A stretch of DNA of 47,717 nucleotides, from the UHGV virus genome UHGV-0097968; one strand, 5' to 3'. The notes beneath the pieces are model-generated. The model saw only the letters and a program-made list of their open reading frames with translations. It had not been told where the DNA came from and searched no databases. Below, in pieces: positions 1 through 7,778 of the stretch; position 1 is the first letter of the stretch, and the number at the start of each line of letters is the position of its first letter. The position numbers and the translations under genes were made by a program. Source of the DNA: a virus.

Positions 1-50
1 TCGTTTCGGCGTAATTTTCAGCAAACGATCAAAAGTGGTGAAAAATATCG

Positions 51-79
51 TTGACTCATCGCGCCAGGTAAGTAGAATG
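51..79 (+). promoter_or_regulatory. sigma70-type promoter of the tRNA operon
   Basis: TTGACT at 51-56, 17-bp spacer, TAGAAT at 74-79, A-rich upstream tract; positioned about 70 bp upstream of the first tRNA. Confidence 0.5.
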
Positions 80-151
80 CAACGCATCGAACGGCGGCAC
101 TGATTGCCAGACGATAATAAAATCAAGTGATTAACTGATTGCTTGATGAAT

Positions 152-227
<76 letters not shown>

Positions 228-281
228 GTTTAAAAGACATCGGCCTCAAGCGGATGTCTGGCTGAAAGGCCTGAAGAATTT

Positions 282-355
282 GGCGCGTTAACAAAGCGGT
301 TATGTAGCGGATTGCAAATCCGTCTAGTCCGGTTCGACTCCGGAACGCGCCTCCA
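282..355 (+). tRNA. cysT: tRNA-Cys (anticodon GCA)
   Basis: 74-nt cloverleaf GGCGCGTTAACAAAGCGG...GCGCCTCCA; anticodon loop TGCAAAT. Confidence 0.95.
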
Positions 356-367
356 CTTTCTTCCCGA

Positions 368-454
368 GCCCGGATGGTGGAATCGGTAGACACAAGGGAT
401 TTAAAATCCCTCGGCGTTCGCGCTGTGCGGGTTCAAGTCCCGCTCCGGGTACCA
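368..454 (+). tRNA. leuZ: tRNA-Leu (anticodon UAA), long variable arm; intact copy, 3' part lies inside attL
   Basis: 87-nt type II tRNA GCCCGGATGGTGGAATCGGTAGACAC...GGGTACCA; anticodon stem AGGGA/TCCCT with loop TTTAAAA. Confidence 0.95.
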
Positions 455-523
455 TGGGAAAGATAAGAATAAAATCAAAGCAATAAGCAGTGTCGTGAAA
501 CCACCTTCGGGTGGTTTTTTTGT
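399..523. repeat. attL: left copy of 125-bp direct repeat (tRNA-Leu anticodon loop to the end of the operon terminator)
   Basis: Sequence 399-523 is identical by eye to 47042-47166; flanks diverge immediately outside (gg vs ca upstream, atcttc vs gcctgc downstream). Confidence 0.85.
499..522 (+). terminator. Rho-independent terminator downstream of tRNA-Leu (copy inside attL)
   Basis: Stem CCACC/GGTGG with TTCG loop followed by T7 run. Confidence 0.7.
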
Positions 524-584
524 ATCTTCTTTTTCATTTCCGAAGATGCGTCCGAAGATGATTTTTCTCTGGACGCATCATCAT

Positions 585-1631
585 TCATTTTCTCTGGCCA
601 CCAACTACGGGCACTACTTTAACTTTTCGGTCATATGCTGCTGTCTGTCGTGGGTTCTTATGCCCGGAAATTGCTTGCTTCTCTTCCAGGCTGCCTTCCA
701 GATCAGAGATACCTTTTGCTTTCAGATCATGAAATGTGAAGTCTATTTGCAGATGAGGATATTTTTCCTGTGCTGCCGCTTTGACATCACGCCAACGAGA
801 GTTAAAACCATCACGGGTGTACTTGCCTCCGGTAGTTTGATGAATCACAAACAGGCTACTGATTCCCGGTTTTAATGGCAGAGAACGAGCCAGAGCTATC
901 GCTTTCTGCAGACGAGGCGACCAGGCTTTGATTTGCTTAACGCCGGTTTTTCCCTGACGAATGTAGATCCCGGAATCGAACAGCTGGTCTTTCTGCAATG
1001 AAAGTACATCACTCTGTCTGGCCACGCATAAGTAGGCAATCTCCATTGCCACGCGAACAACATCAGGAGATACTTCATAAACGGCCTGATATTCTTCATC
1101 CGTAATATAACGTTCGCGTGCTGTCTCTTTAAACTGCTTAACTCCCTGACAAGGATTCCTCTGGACATAACCTCGTTCATAACCCCAACGGAATACCCTG
1201 GACATAAAGCTTTTTTCCCTGTTTGCCTGAGTTCGGCTTGATAAACCGCGTTGATCCATATAGCGCCGAATATGTTCAGGTTTGATTTTATCCGGGTCGA
1301 TCTTCCCGAAGACAGGCAGAACTTTTCCGGAATATTTTGTGTAGTCTTTCCTGGTTTCGACTGCCAAATCCATAAAATCAGGGGAGGTCATGAATTGTTC
1401 CGCGAGCGCCTGAAAAGTATTTCTTTCTTTTTCGTCACCGACCGCTTTTTCATATGCCAGCCATACGGCTGATCGTGGCGCATCCAATGCGCACAGGCGT
1501 ATCGCTTTGTTATCTTTATTCCTGAATTCGTAGGCCGCTTTGCCCTGGTAAACACGAGGCGGCATCCAGTTATCTGCTGGGTTCTTTCTCTTTCCGGCCA
1601 TTAAATATTGCTCCAAAATCAGGTTCATCAT
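585..1631 (-). CDS. int: Tyrosine recombinase, lambda-family phage integrase
   Basis: 348-aa ORF next to attL; C-terminal catalytic region with HDLKAKGISD...GH...AAYDRK resembling lambda Int R-H-R-Y region; RQGKTGVKQIK motif; true start may be an internal Met (MAGKRK). Confidence 0.9.
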   Translation of the reverse strand: MMNLILEQYLMAGKRKNPADNWMPPRVYQGKAAYEFRNKDNKAIRLCALDAPRSAVWLAYEKAVGDEKERNTFQALAEQFMTSPDFMDLAVETRKDYTKYSGKVLPVFGKIDPDKIKPEHIRRYMDQRGLSSRTQANREKSFMSRVFRWGYERGYVQRNPCQGVKQFKETARERYITDEEYQAVYEVSPDVVRVAMEIAYLCVARQSDVLSLQKDQLFDSGIYIRQGKTGVKQIKAWSPRLQKAIALARSLPLKPGISSLFVIHQTTGGKYTRDGFNSRWRDVKAAAQEKYPHLQIDFTFHDLKAKGISDLEGSLEEKQAISGHKNPRQTAAYDRKVKVVPVVGGQRK

Positions 1632-1833
1632 CTTTTCGCGTCGTCACCTCCTGTAAATTGCGAAATTTTATTGGGTTCATGAAATGGCCCCAGGTTGTTT
1701 TTGGGTGCCCGTCAGCCCTTTCCATGAAGAAAATTCCAGCCCGGCGAAGAGCCTCACATTGCTTTGATTTAAGTGGGCTTCCCGTCAGCTCGACCATTTC
1801 TTCTCTGGTGATTATGTCGTGATCGCTTCTCAT
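1570..1833 (-). CDS. xis: Putative excisionase (Xis-like DNA-binding protein)
   Basis: 87-aa ORF immediately upstream of and overlapping int; motif EALRRAGIFFMERADGHPKTTW resembles lambda Xis winged-helix region; RBS GAGGAAAGACC directly before ATG. Confidence 0.55.
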   Translation of the reverse strand: MRSDHDIITREEMVELTGSPLKSKQCEALRRAGIFFMERADGHPKTTWGHFMNPIKFRNLQEVTTRKDDEPDFGAIFNGRKEKEPSR

Positions 1834-2023
1834 GGTCTTTCCTCATTATGTAGCTTATTGCGTCATCTGCCGCCTTGCAGGCACGGGCAATATCAGACTC
1901 GGTCACAGCCTGTTTCCTGACGCTGGCCGACAGTCGGCCAATTTTGATATCAAATGCGGAGAGCAGAGTTGCTCCCGGTTGCCATCGCAGCATTGTGATC
2001 CTCCGGTTACTGGTGAAACGCAA
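1769..2023 (-). CDS. Hypothetical small protein (weak call)
   Basis: 84-codon ORF overlapping xis start by 65 bp; no recognisable motif. Confidence 0.25.
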   Translation of the reverse strand: MRFTSNRRITMLRWQPGATLLSAFDIKIGRLSASVRKQAVTESDIARACKAADDAISYIMRKDHEKRSRHNHQRRNGRADGKPT

Positions 2024-2042
2024 TGCTAGCGATGGTGAGTTT

Positions 2043-2225
2043 TTATTTCTGATTAGGCGTAATCAGTTCTGGTGGGGGGAATGCCGATTTCTCCCGCGTG
2101 ACCTTAATGTTTTCTGGCAGGTGTAGCCCAAGTTCGCAGCGGCTCCGTGCTTCAATAATGCCATTGGTACCATCGGCAAGTACCAGGTGAACCGCGTCAC
2201 CACGCTTTAATGTGAGTTTAAGCAT
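2043..2225 (-). CDS. Hypothetical small phage protein
   Basis: 60-aa ORF whose start overlaps the stop of the upstream gene (translational coupling). Confidence 0.4.
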   Translation of the reverse strand: MLKLTLKRGDAVHLVLADGTNGIIEARSRCELGLHLPENIKVTREKSAFPPPELITPNQK

Positions 2226-2794
2226 TAGCGTATCCTCAGTGACCGTTCGCCGCGTTCCAGATGTGCGCCTGGTACCGGGTTTAATAACTCGGCTGGTGGT
2301 GTTTCTCCACGCGCCAGTATTTCGGCGGCAACCGCCTCCGCAGATTCAATCACTTCTTTAATGGCTCGCTTGTTTGGTGTAATAACCGTTTCTACATCAA
2401 CAAGTGACACGCCTTCATACTCATCCGGGATCTTATCTTTGCTATCGATAATTACCCGGATAGCCCCCTGTGCATCAGTAAATGTGTTTTTTGCGGTTTT
2501 TAGTTTATCCAGGCCAGCAGCTTGCAGGCAGGCGAGCATATGCTTCCGAATTGCTTTTTCCTTGCCTTCAAAGGACGTCTTACGGGTAGCCAGGCGAGAC
2601 ATTTCTTCAGCGCAGGTACTGGCATTGCCCTGTAAATTGCGGCAGATGACCATCATGGCGTCCAGTTTGTCTCCCAGTTCTCCTTCCATACCTTCAAGCG
2701 TGTCGGCGATCATCTCTGGCGTCAGTTCGTCGGAGGTTTCCAGCAGGTCAATCAGGCTGGCATATTCTTTTGCAATAGCGATAGCGGTGCTCAT
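2225..2794 (-). CDS. Siphovirus Gp157-like early protein
   Basis: 189-aa acidic protein, N-terminus MSTAIAIAKEYASLIDLLE; position downstream of the recombination gene as in Gp157-family contexts (recollection, not searched). Confidence 0.5.
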   Translation of the reverse strand: MSTAIAIAKEYASLIDLLETSDELTPEMIADTLEGMEGELGDKLDAMMVICRNLQGNASTCAEEMSRLATRKTSFEGKEKAIRKHMLACLQAAGLDKLKTAKNTFTDAQGAIRVIIDSKDKIPDEYEGVSLVDVETVITPNKRAIKEVIESAEAVAAEILARGETPPAELLNPVPGAHLERGERSLRIR

Positions 2795-5007
2795 GCGGTT
2801 TGCTCCTGTGCAGCGGTGAGGGCGGCGAGGCGTTCAGTTTTGATGTCGGTGATACGGCGCAGGCGCGATCCCAGATACGATGAATATTCTTTATCGCCTT
2901 TGGCTTCTGCTGCTTTTCGGTGTACATCCACTTCGCGGGCGATGAGGCCAAATACCTTGTTTACTTCGTTAGTGGTTACCGCGGAGGCCAGCGTATTGGC
3001 AACGTTGATAAGCTTCTCATCCAGTTCCTTACGCAGACGGGTAGCATCTTCCGCATTCTCGCTGGCATTCTTGATATCAAACTCAGCTTTATTCCTCTGG
3101 CGGTATTCCGGATTGTCGTACAGGCCCATGAAAATATCGGCGCTGAATCCGAGAGGGGATAGCGCTTTCTTAACAGCATCCGTCCAGGATTTCTTCGGCG
3201 CTTCGCCGTCGCTTGTTGGTCCGTATTTAGTGTCGTAGATATAAGGTGTGCATCCGTAAGCCTCGGACTCACCGCGCACTCCATTCAATATGTACCAGAC
3301 TCTAACTTTCATGGTGTGGTGCATTTCACATAGGTACCCGCCAACACCGTCTTGAATCAGATCCCATTCTATTTTTTCACCAACCTGTTTTTTGCGAACT
3401 ATCGGTGCGCCTTTATCAAAACGCTCTTCCACCACCTCTACACCCCAGCCAATACCAAACGGCCCAAATTCGCGAGTCGCTTTCATCGCTATATAAGTGC
3501 CGTTGATGGATGTGCCGCCGCCGTCCTGAGAGAAAGCACTGGTGAAGCGCTCATCGGTTTTGAATACGTTCTTCCACAATGCCAGGTTATCTGTGTCGTC
3601 GGAGTCCTTTAACTCCGTTTCGATAGCTGAGATTGCATTCTGCCGCTTGTGCTCTTCGGTATGGATCCGCTCAACCAGCGCGTCAACGTTCTGCACCAGA
3701 TCCTTTACCTGCTCGCTAAGTTTTTCTTGTGGAGGAGTCTCTTCTGCCGGGGTAATAGCTGCAGGTTCCCTCTGTGAGACGGCGTTATTTTCAGGTACGT
3801 CATACACATGGCGAGGCGTGACAAACCGCTCACGCAACTGCTGCAAACTACGTTCTCCAGCATTTGCTGCTTCGCTTTTTTCGCCCTGATTTGAGGGTGT
3901 TTCTGACATCATCCCATCAATTGAGAATCGTCCGCCGCCGTGGTTGGTGACTTTTACATCATCCTTTGGTGCTGCTTCCTTTGGCTTCTCTTCAACAGCA
4001 TTTGCATCACGCTGCCCGTTAGCTTGCAGCCAGTTGTCGATGTGACTGCGCAGGGATTGTGGGAAGTGGTACATGTCTTTTGCGGGGACGCTCTGAATAA
4101 CACCGAATACTGATGCGCGGTCATAGGCAAGGATCTGATCCGTTGTGCGCAGGGCCATTGACCAGCGTTTAAAATCCTCCCGGTCCTGGCTGATTATTTC
4201 GTCTGCCGCTTTCAGGACGCTGGGGGTGATTTTTTCCGGGCCAACGGGTAACAGGGCGCAGGCAATTTCACGATCCAGTGTGGCGTGAGTCTGTTGGTAA
4301 GGACGTGCGGATGCTGTTTCTGGTTTTACCTCCGGCAGCATTTCATCGCGTTTACCGGGATTCTCTACCCATTTTTTTATAAATTTGGAGATAGTCCAAC
4401 TGGTCGGGTTTTGTTCCTGGGTATCGCAACTTGCCAAAATTGCATGTACCAGATTATTCAATCCAGCAATATGCATGTACTCGATGGGCTTACACGCCAC
4501 CATGGCATCAAGAACGATGCGGTTAAACGCGTCAACCTCATCCTCACTGTCAGTATCACTGTTGTCGAGCATCTCCAGGTATTCACGCGTCTGCGCAAGC
4601 AATTCACTGTCGACTTCGTTGGCATCGTGGCTGAACAGCAGGACGGCGGCGAAGCGTTCACGAGCAGGCAGTTTCATCAGGTCGCTAACCTGTGAGATAT
4701 CTGCTGAACTGCAACCTGAATCAACAGGAGTGTTAACTACCCATCTCTCGCCATCAAAACTGTGTTCTGTGGCAAACGTCTCATCAAACTCACCGACGCC
4801 TGGGCGCGGTTGGCCCGGGGCATCTTCCCAGATTTTAGGTTTGAAATAGTTGTCGCCGTGGTCAGGGTAGGTTTCCCACAATTTGCCGATGATGATGTTC
4901 TCGGCAACTTTTTTGTTAGGGGCGTCGATGGCGATGGCCAGCGCCGGGATCGCGCCGTTTTTGAGCGCGCCTTTTTTTGCTTCTAACAAGCCGTTAAAAA
5001 TGGTCAT
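2791..5007 (-). CDS. Large early-region protein (738 aa) with C-terminal region resembling a phage single-strand annealing recombinase (Rad52/Sak/Erf-like); N-terminal/central part acidic and unassigned
   Basis: Long uninterrupted ORF; C-terminal segment ...TREFGPFGIGWGVEV...GYLCEMHHTMKV...KSWTDAVKKALSPLGFSADIF... resembles SSAP cores by motif recollection; start overlaps downstream gene stop. Confidence 0.7.
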   Translation of the reverse strand: MTIFNGLLEAKKGALKNGAIPALAIAIDAPNKKVAENIIIGKLWETYPDHGDNYFKPKIWEDAPGQPRPGVGEFDETFATEHSFDGERWVVNTPVDSGCSSADISQVSDLMKLPARERFAAVLLFSHDANEVDSELLAQTREYLEMLDNSDTDSEDEVDAFNRIVLDAMVACKPIEYMHIAGLNNLVHAILASCDTQEQNPTSWTISKFIKKWVENPGKRDEMLPEVKPETASARPYQQTHATLDREIACALLPVGPEKITPSVLKAADEIISQDREDFKRWSMALRTTDQILAYDRASVFGVIQSVPAKDMYHFPQSLRSHIDNWLQANGQRDANAVEEKPKEAAPKDDVKVTNHGGGRFSIDGMMSETPSNQGEKSEAANAGERSLQQLRERFVTPRHVYDVPENNAVSQREPAAITPAEETPPQEKLSEQVKDLVQNVDALVERIHTEEHKRQNAISAIETELKDSDDTDNLALWKNVFKTDERFTSAFSQDGGGTSINGTYIAMKATREFGPFGIGWGVEVVEERFDKGAPIVRKKQVGEKIEWDLIQDGVGGYLCEMHHTMKVRVWYILNGVRGESEAYGCTPYIYDTKYGPTSDGEAPKKSWTDAVKKALSPLGFSADIFMGLYDNPEYRQRNKAEFDIKNASENAEDATRLRKELDEKLINVANTLASAVTTNEVNKVFGLIAREVDVHRKAAEAKGDKEYSSYLGSRLRRITDIKTERLAALTAAQEQTA

Positions 5008-5037
5008 TGGTCTTTCCTCATTACAGGTCAGTGGTCT

Positions 5038-5358
5038 TTAGTAGGGGATTTCATCGGTATCTGGCGTGTATTCGATGCAAAGTAACTGCTGGATTTTGTC
5101 ATCGATAGCAGCAATACGCTGTTGGGCGTCGGCGGCTGTTTTCTGTTTTTGCTCACGCAGCTGCTCAACCTGTAAACCGATGATGTCGATTGGCTGGGGC
5201 TGGTTGACGGTAATTTCAATTTCGCGGCTTTCCAGAAGGATGTACCTGTCTGGAAAATTTTTTGACATATCAACCGTCGCAATAAACAGCTTTTCATGGC
5301 TGAAAGTTGAAGTTGCATAATTAATAAAGAGTGTTACTGGGATGGTGCGCGCTTCCAT
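5038..5358 (-). CDS. Hypothetical early protein (first ORF of leftward operon)
   Basis: 106-aa ORF preceded by AAGGAG RBS (ccaccAAGGAGtcgctATG on minus strand). Confidence 0.5.
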   Translation of the reverse strand: MEARTIPVTLFINYATSTFSHEKLFIATVDMSKNFPDRYILLESREIEITVNQPQPIDIIGLQVEQLREQKQKTAADAQQRIAAIDDKIQQLLCIEYTPDTDEIPY

Positions 5359-6256
5359 AGCGACTCCTTGGTGGGGTATACTCAGAACCGATCAGCGGTT
5401 CTGTCGTTGGTCTTTCCTCGGTGTAAGGTTGGTCCCTTGCACCATATCCGAATGGTTTGGTCGCCGTTCGGGGTAACTGGCCCGCCTTGTGCGGGTCTTT
5501 TGCCATCTAAAGGGTGCCGGTTACGTTTCCGGCGTCGTTATGTTTCCATTACGACCGTACAGGGCTGGTCAGGCCCGGGCTGGTCTTTCCTGTTTTGAGC
5601 TGGTCAGGCTCATGGTCAACGCTGGTCAGGCGTGGTACTTCCTCCGGTCTTTCCCTGGTGTCATGCTGCGGGTTTGGCCTCTCCTGTTGGGGACTCAGGC
5701 ACAGCGATAAAACCTGGCTGTGTGAAAAAATGGCCCATCGTGCGGACTGGGCAAAGACTAAACACAGCAAATTGATGATGGGCGCCCGGAATCGAACCGG
5801 GTAACGGGCAGGGAGTTCCCGTCAAACACCTGTTCACCACAACCGGGAGCGCACTCCGCCATTTCAAAATTTAACGACAAAGCTCAAAGTTGAGTCGATG
5901 AAGTGCGCTCTCGTGTTGTAGCCAGGACTCTTCCCTGGTGGTCACACCGTATCGCCTTGATGGTGAATCAATCGCTCATACCTGGCTGTGGCTTGCACAT
6001 TCCGGCTACCTGCTATGGAGACAACGCGTTAAGGCTCCGCTTCCATCCAGACCGCTTCGACACATGTGCCATATGCCGGTGAAGTCTTTCCCTCTGTCAT
6101 CGTGTTGGCGCCGACGCGCAAAATTTGGTGCCGTCTTTCCGGCTGTCAGAACGTGTTTCTGAACAACTGCCGCTGGGTAAGCGTTGTTGATGGAATGAAT
6201 ATAACTAAAGGTAATTTTATGCGCAAGGTGTTTTATAACAAAAGTTAGTATTTGGG
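5359..6256 (-). other. Roughly 900-bp apparently non-coding leader of the leftward early operon, containing repeated GCCTGACCAGC and GGAAAGACC motifs and a candidate PL promoter/operator near 6210-6256
   Basis: No convincing ORF on either strand (only short overlapping biased ORFs); three copies of CCTGACCAGC on the transcript-sense strand near 5570-5640; operator-like AACAAAAGTTAGTATTT near 6236-6256 shares sequence with the cI-cro operator region. Confidence 0.45.
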
Positions 6257-6306
6257 GTAAAAATAAAGGCAATGCATTGAAAACATTGCCTTTATTTTAT
6301 TTTTTG
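6257..6306. terminator. Bidirectional rho-independent terminator after the repressor gene
   Basis: 10-bp stem AAAGGCAATG/CATTGCCTTT with 9-nt loop, flanked by A-run on one side and T-run (TTTATTTTATTTTTT) on the other. Confidence 0.6.
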
Positions 6307-6710
6307 GTGGGGGTTAGTTTCTTTCTGGTAACCAGTAACTCTTCAAATAAACGATTAAAGTTTTCAACTTTATCTTCTAATTCAATTAGTTGCTTTTCTT
6401 TTTCTGACTCGGGTAATGAATCAAATAACTCTAACAATCTTTTTTGACGTGAATCCAGCTCTGTTGGTAATTCGTCTACCGGAGTTGGCGCCTGGTCTTC
6501 GTCACCAAAAAGCAGCCATGTGGCAGAACACTTAAGTGCATTGGCCAAAGCCAGCAAGTTCTGACCTTTTGGTTCATTTTGTCCGCTTTCCCATTTAAAA
6601 ACGCTCACACTCGATCTTCCAACCATATCAGCAAGCTGTTGTTGGGTTAGACCAAGCTGTTTGCGTCTTTGAGATAAACGGTCGCTAAGCATCAAATTCT
6701 TCATCCTCAT
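6297..6710 (-). CDS. cI-like repressor, XRE-family HTH only (no peptidase S24 domain)
   Basis: 137-aa ORF with N-terminal HTH (LTQQQLADMVGRSSVSVFKWESGQNEP), divergent from a Cro-like gene; C-terminal part short, acidic and coiled-coil-like. Confidence 0.85.
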   Translation of the reverse strand: MRMKNLMLSDRLSQRRKQLGLTQQQLADMVGRSSVSVFKWESGQNEPKGQNLLALANALKCSATWLLFGDEDQAPTPVDELPTELDSRQKRLLELFDSLPESEKEKQLIELEDKVENFNRLFEELLVTRKKLTPTKK

Positions 6711-6778
6711 AATATAAGTTAACTTGACATAACTTTCGTTAGTATTTATGTTGCTAACAAAAGTTACGTGGAGGGATT
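6711..6778. promoter_or_regulatory. Immunity-region operator/promoter (PR-like for cro; operators)
   Basis: TTGACA at 6724-6729, 17-bp spacer, TATGTT at 6747-6752; perfect palindrome AAGTTAACTT at 6716-6725 overlapping -35; additional AACAAAAGTTA half-site; GGAGGG RBS before cro ATG. Confidence 0.6.
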
Positions 6779-6976
6779 ATGAAAACAGAGACGGTTATTA
6801 GTTTTTTTGGTTCAAAGACAGCCACAGCCAAGGTGCTGGGTATATCTCAAGTGGCGGTTACTCGTTGGGGGGCAACAGTTCCTGAAAAGCGAGCTGCTCG
6901 ACTCGACCATATCACTAACGGAGCACTGAAATATGACCCGACTTTTTACGATGTTCCAAAACATGAAAAAGCTTAG
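6779..6976 (+). CDS. Cro-like small HTH regulator
   Basis: 65-aa ORF, HTH FGSKTATAKVLGISQVAVTRW, divergent from repressor. Confidence 0.75.
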   Translation: MKTETVISFFGSKTATAKVLGISQVAVTRWGATVPEKRAARLDHITNGALKYDPTFYDVPKHEKA

Positions 6977-7035
6977 CAAAGGGCGGCTTATTACATCTGA
7001 TTAAGCGTAATCAATTTTTAGCGACAGGAGACGCT

Positions 7036-7512
7036 ATGGAAAACCCAGAGGAATTACAAAAAGAGATTTTGACCTGGGCGGCAAGGGCAGGGCAGGAACT
7101 CGTCACGATTGAAATCTGCCGGGCCTGGTTCAGTCAGGGACGCAATGATGAGTTGAGACTACATGAATTTGAGGACGCGGACGGCAATGTGGACTGGAGA
7201 GCCATCAACAACAATCGGCAGAAAATCTTTCGCTGGTTACGTGGCGAGACAACGGCGGCGCGCCGAAAAACTCAGGTGCTGGCCAGTGTGATGAAAGCCG
7301 TGCTACCCGCAGAACGGCGGGCGCGTCTGGAGTCGCCGGGCGATCCCGTTTTGCTGGCAACGCTGGCGGCAAAAGAAGGGGGGGAAGCGATTAACGCTGT
7401 ACATCTCCACTTCGCGCCAGAGTTAACTATTCAGGAAATTGACGAAGCAATAGCGGCGCTGGTAGCGACGCGAGGGGCAGTGATAAGCACTGCGCAAGGC
7501 CACCATGCATGA
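7036..7512 (+). CDS. YdaT-like protein (cII-position regulatory protein)
   Basis: 158 aa; segment IFRWLRGETTAARRKTQVL resembles YdaT-family signature by recollection; follows cro. Confidence 0.5.
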   Translation: MENPEELQKEILTWAARAGQELVTIEICRAWFSQGRNDELRLHEFEDADGNVDWRAINNNRQKIFRWLRGETTAARRKTQVLASVMKAVLPAERRARLESPGDPVLLATLAAKEGGEAINAVHLHFAPELTIQEIDEAIAALVATRGAVISTAQGHHA

Positions 7513-7551
7513 GCGCCTGACCAGCGTTTAACTTATACCGAGGAAAGACCG

Positions 7552-7776
7552 ATGTTAAGACATATTGACCGCATTACCTGGCGTAACGGCTGGCACCTGA
7601 ATGGGCGCCCGGCACATGTTGCAGAGATCCAACCTATTTTTGATGGGCGTATGGCTGCCGCGCTTTCGGTGTGGGAGCAGTATGAATCCAGGAAGGTCGA
7701 GTTGCGCGACAAAGGGCTGAGCAATGCGGACTATGAAGCCGGTTGTCGTCAGATAGCCGAAGCTCTGGAGATCTGA
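7552..7776 (+). CDS. Hypothetical early protein
   Basis: 74-aa ORF preceded by conserved element CCTGACCAGCG...ACCGAGGAAAGACCGATG. Confidence 0.5.
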   Translation: MLRHIDRITWRNGWHLNGRPAHVAEIQPIFDGRMAAALSVWEQYESRKVELRDKGLSNADYEAGCRQIAEALEI

Positions 7777-7778
7777 GT

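Noticed and set aside
495-875. 126-aa plus-strand ORF starting inside attL
   Set aside because: Begins in the tRNA operon terminator, overlaps the integrase 3' end antisense, and has Phe/Ser/Cys-rich low-complexity composition; no RBS.
5778-5860. tRNA-like T-arm motif (GGTTCGATTCC on the minus strand), possible vestigial tRNA or old att fragment
   Set aside because: I could not fold a full cloverleaf: no acceptor stem pairs and no anticodon arm of canonical geometry. May be coincidental; would need a tRNA scan to confirm.
5321-6272. Several 60-96-aa ORFs on both strands within the non-coding leader (e.g. 5368-5598, 5549-5770, 5661-5867, 6006-6272)
   Set aside because: Mutually overlapping, no RBS, Pro/Arg/Ser/Gly/Cys-rich composition typical of random frames in GC-rich DNA; the 6006-6272 ORF would start inside the terminator hairpin.
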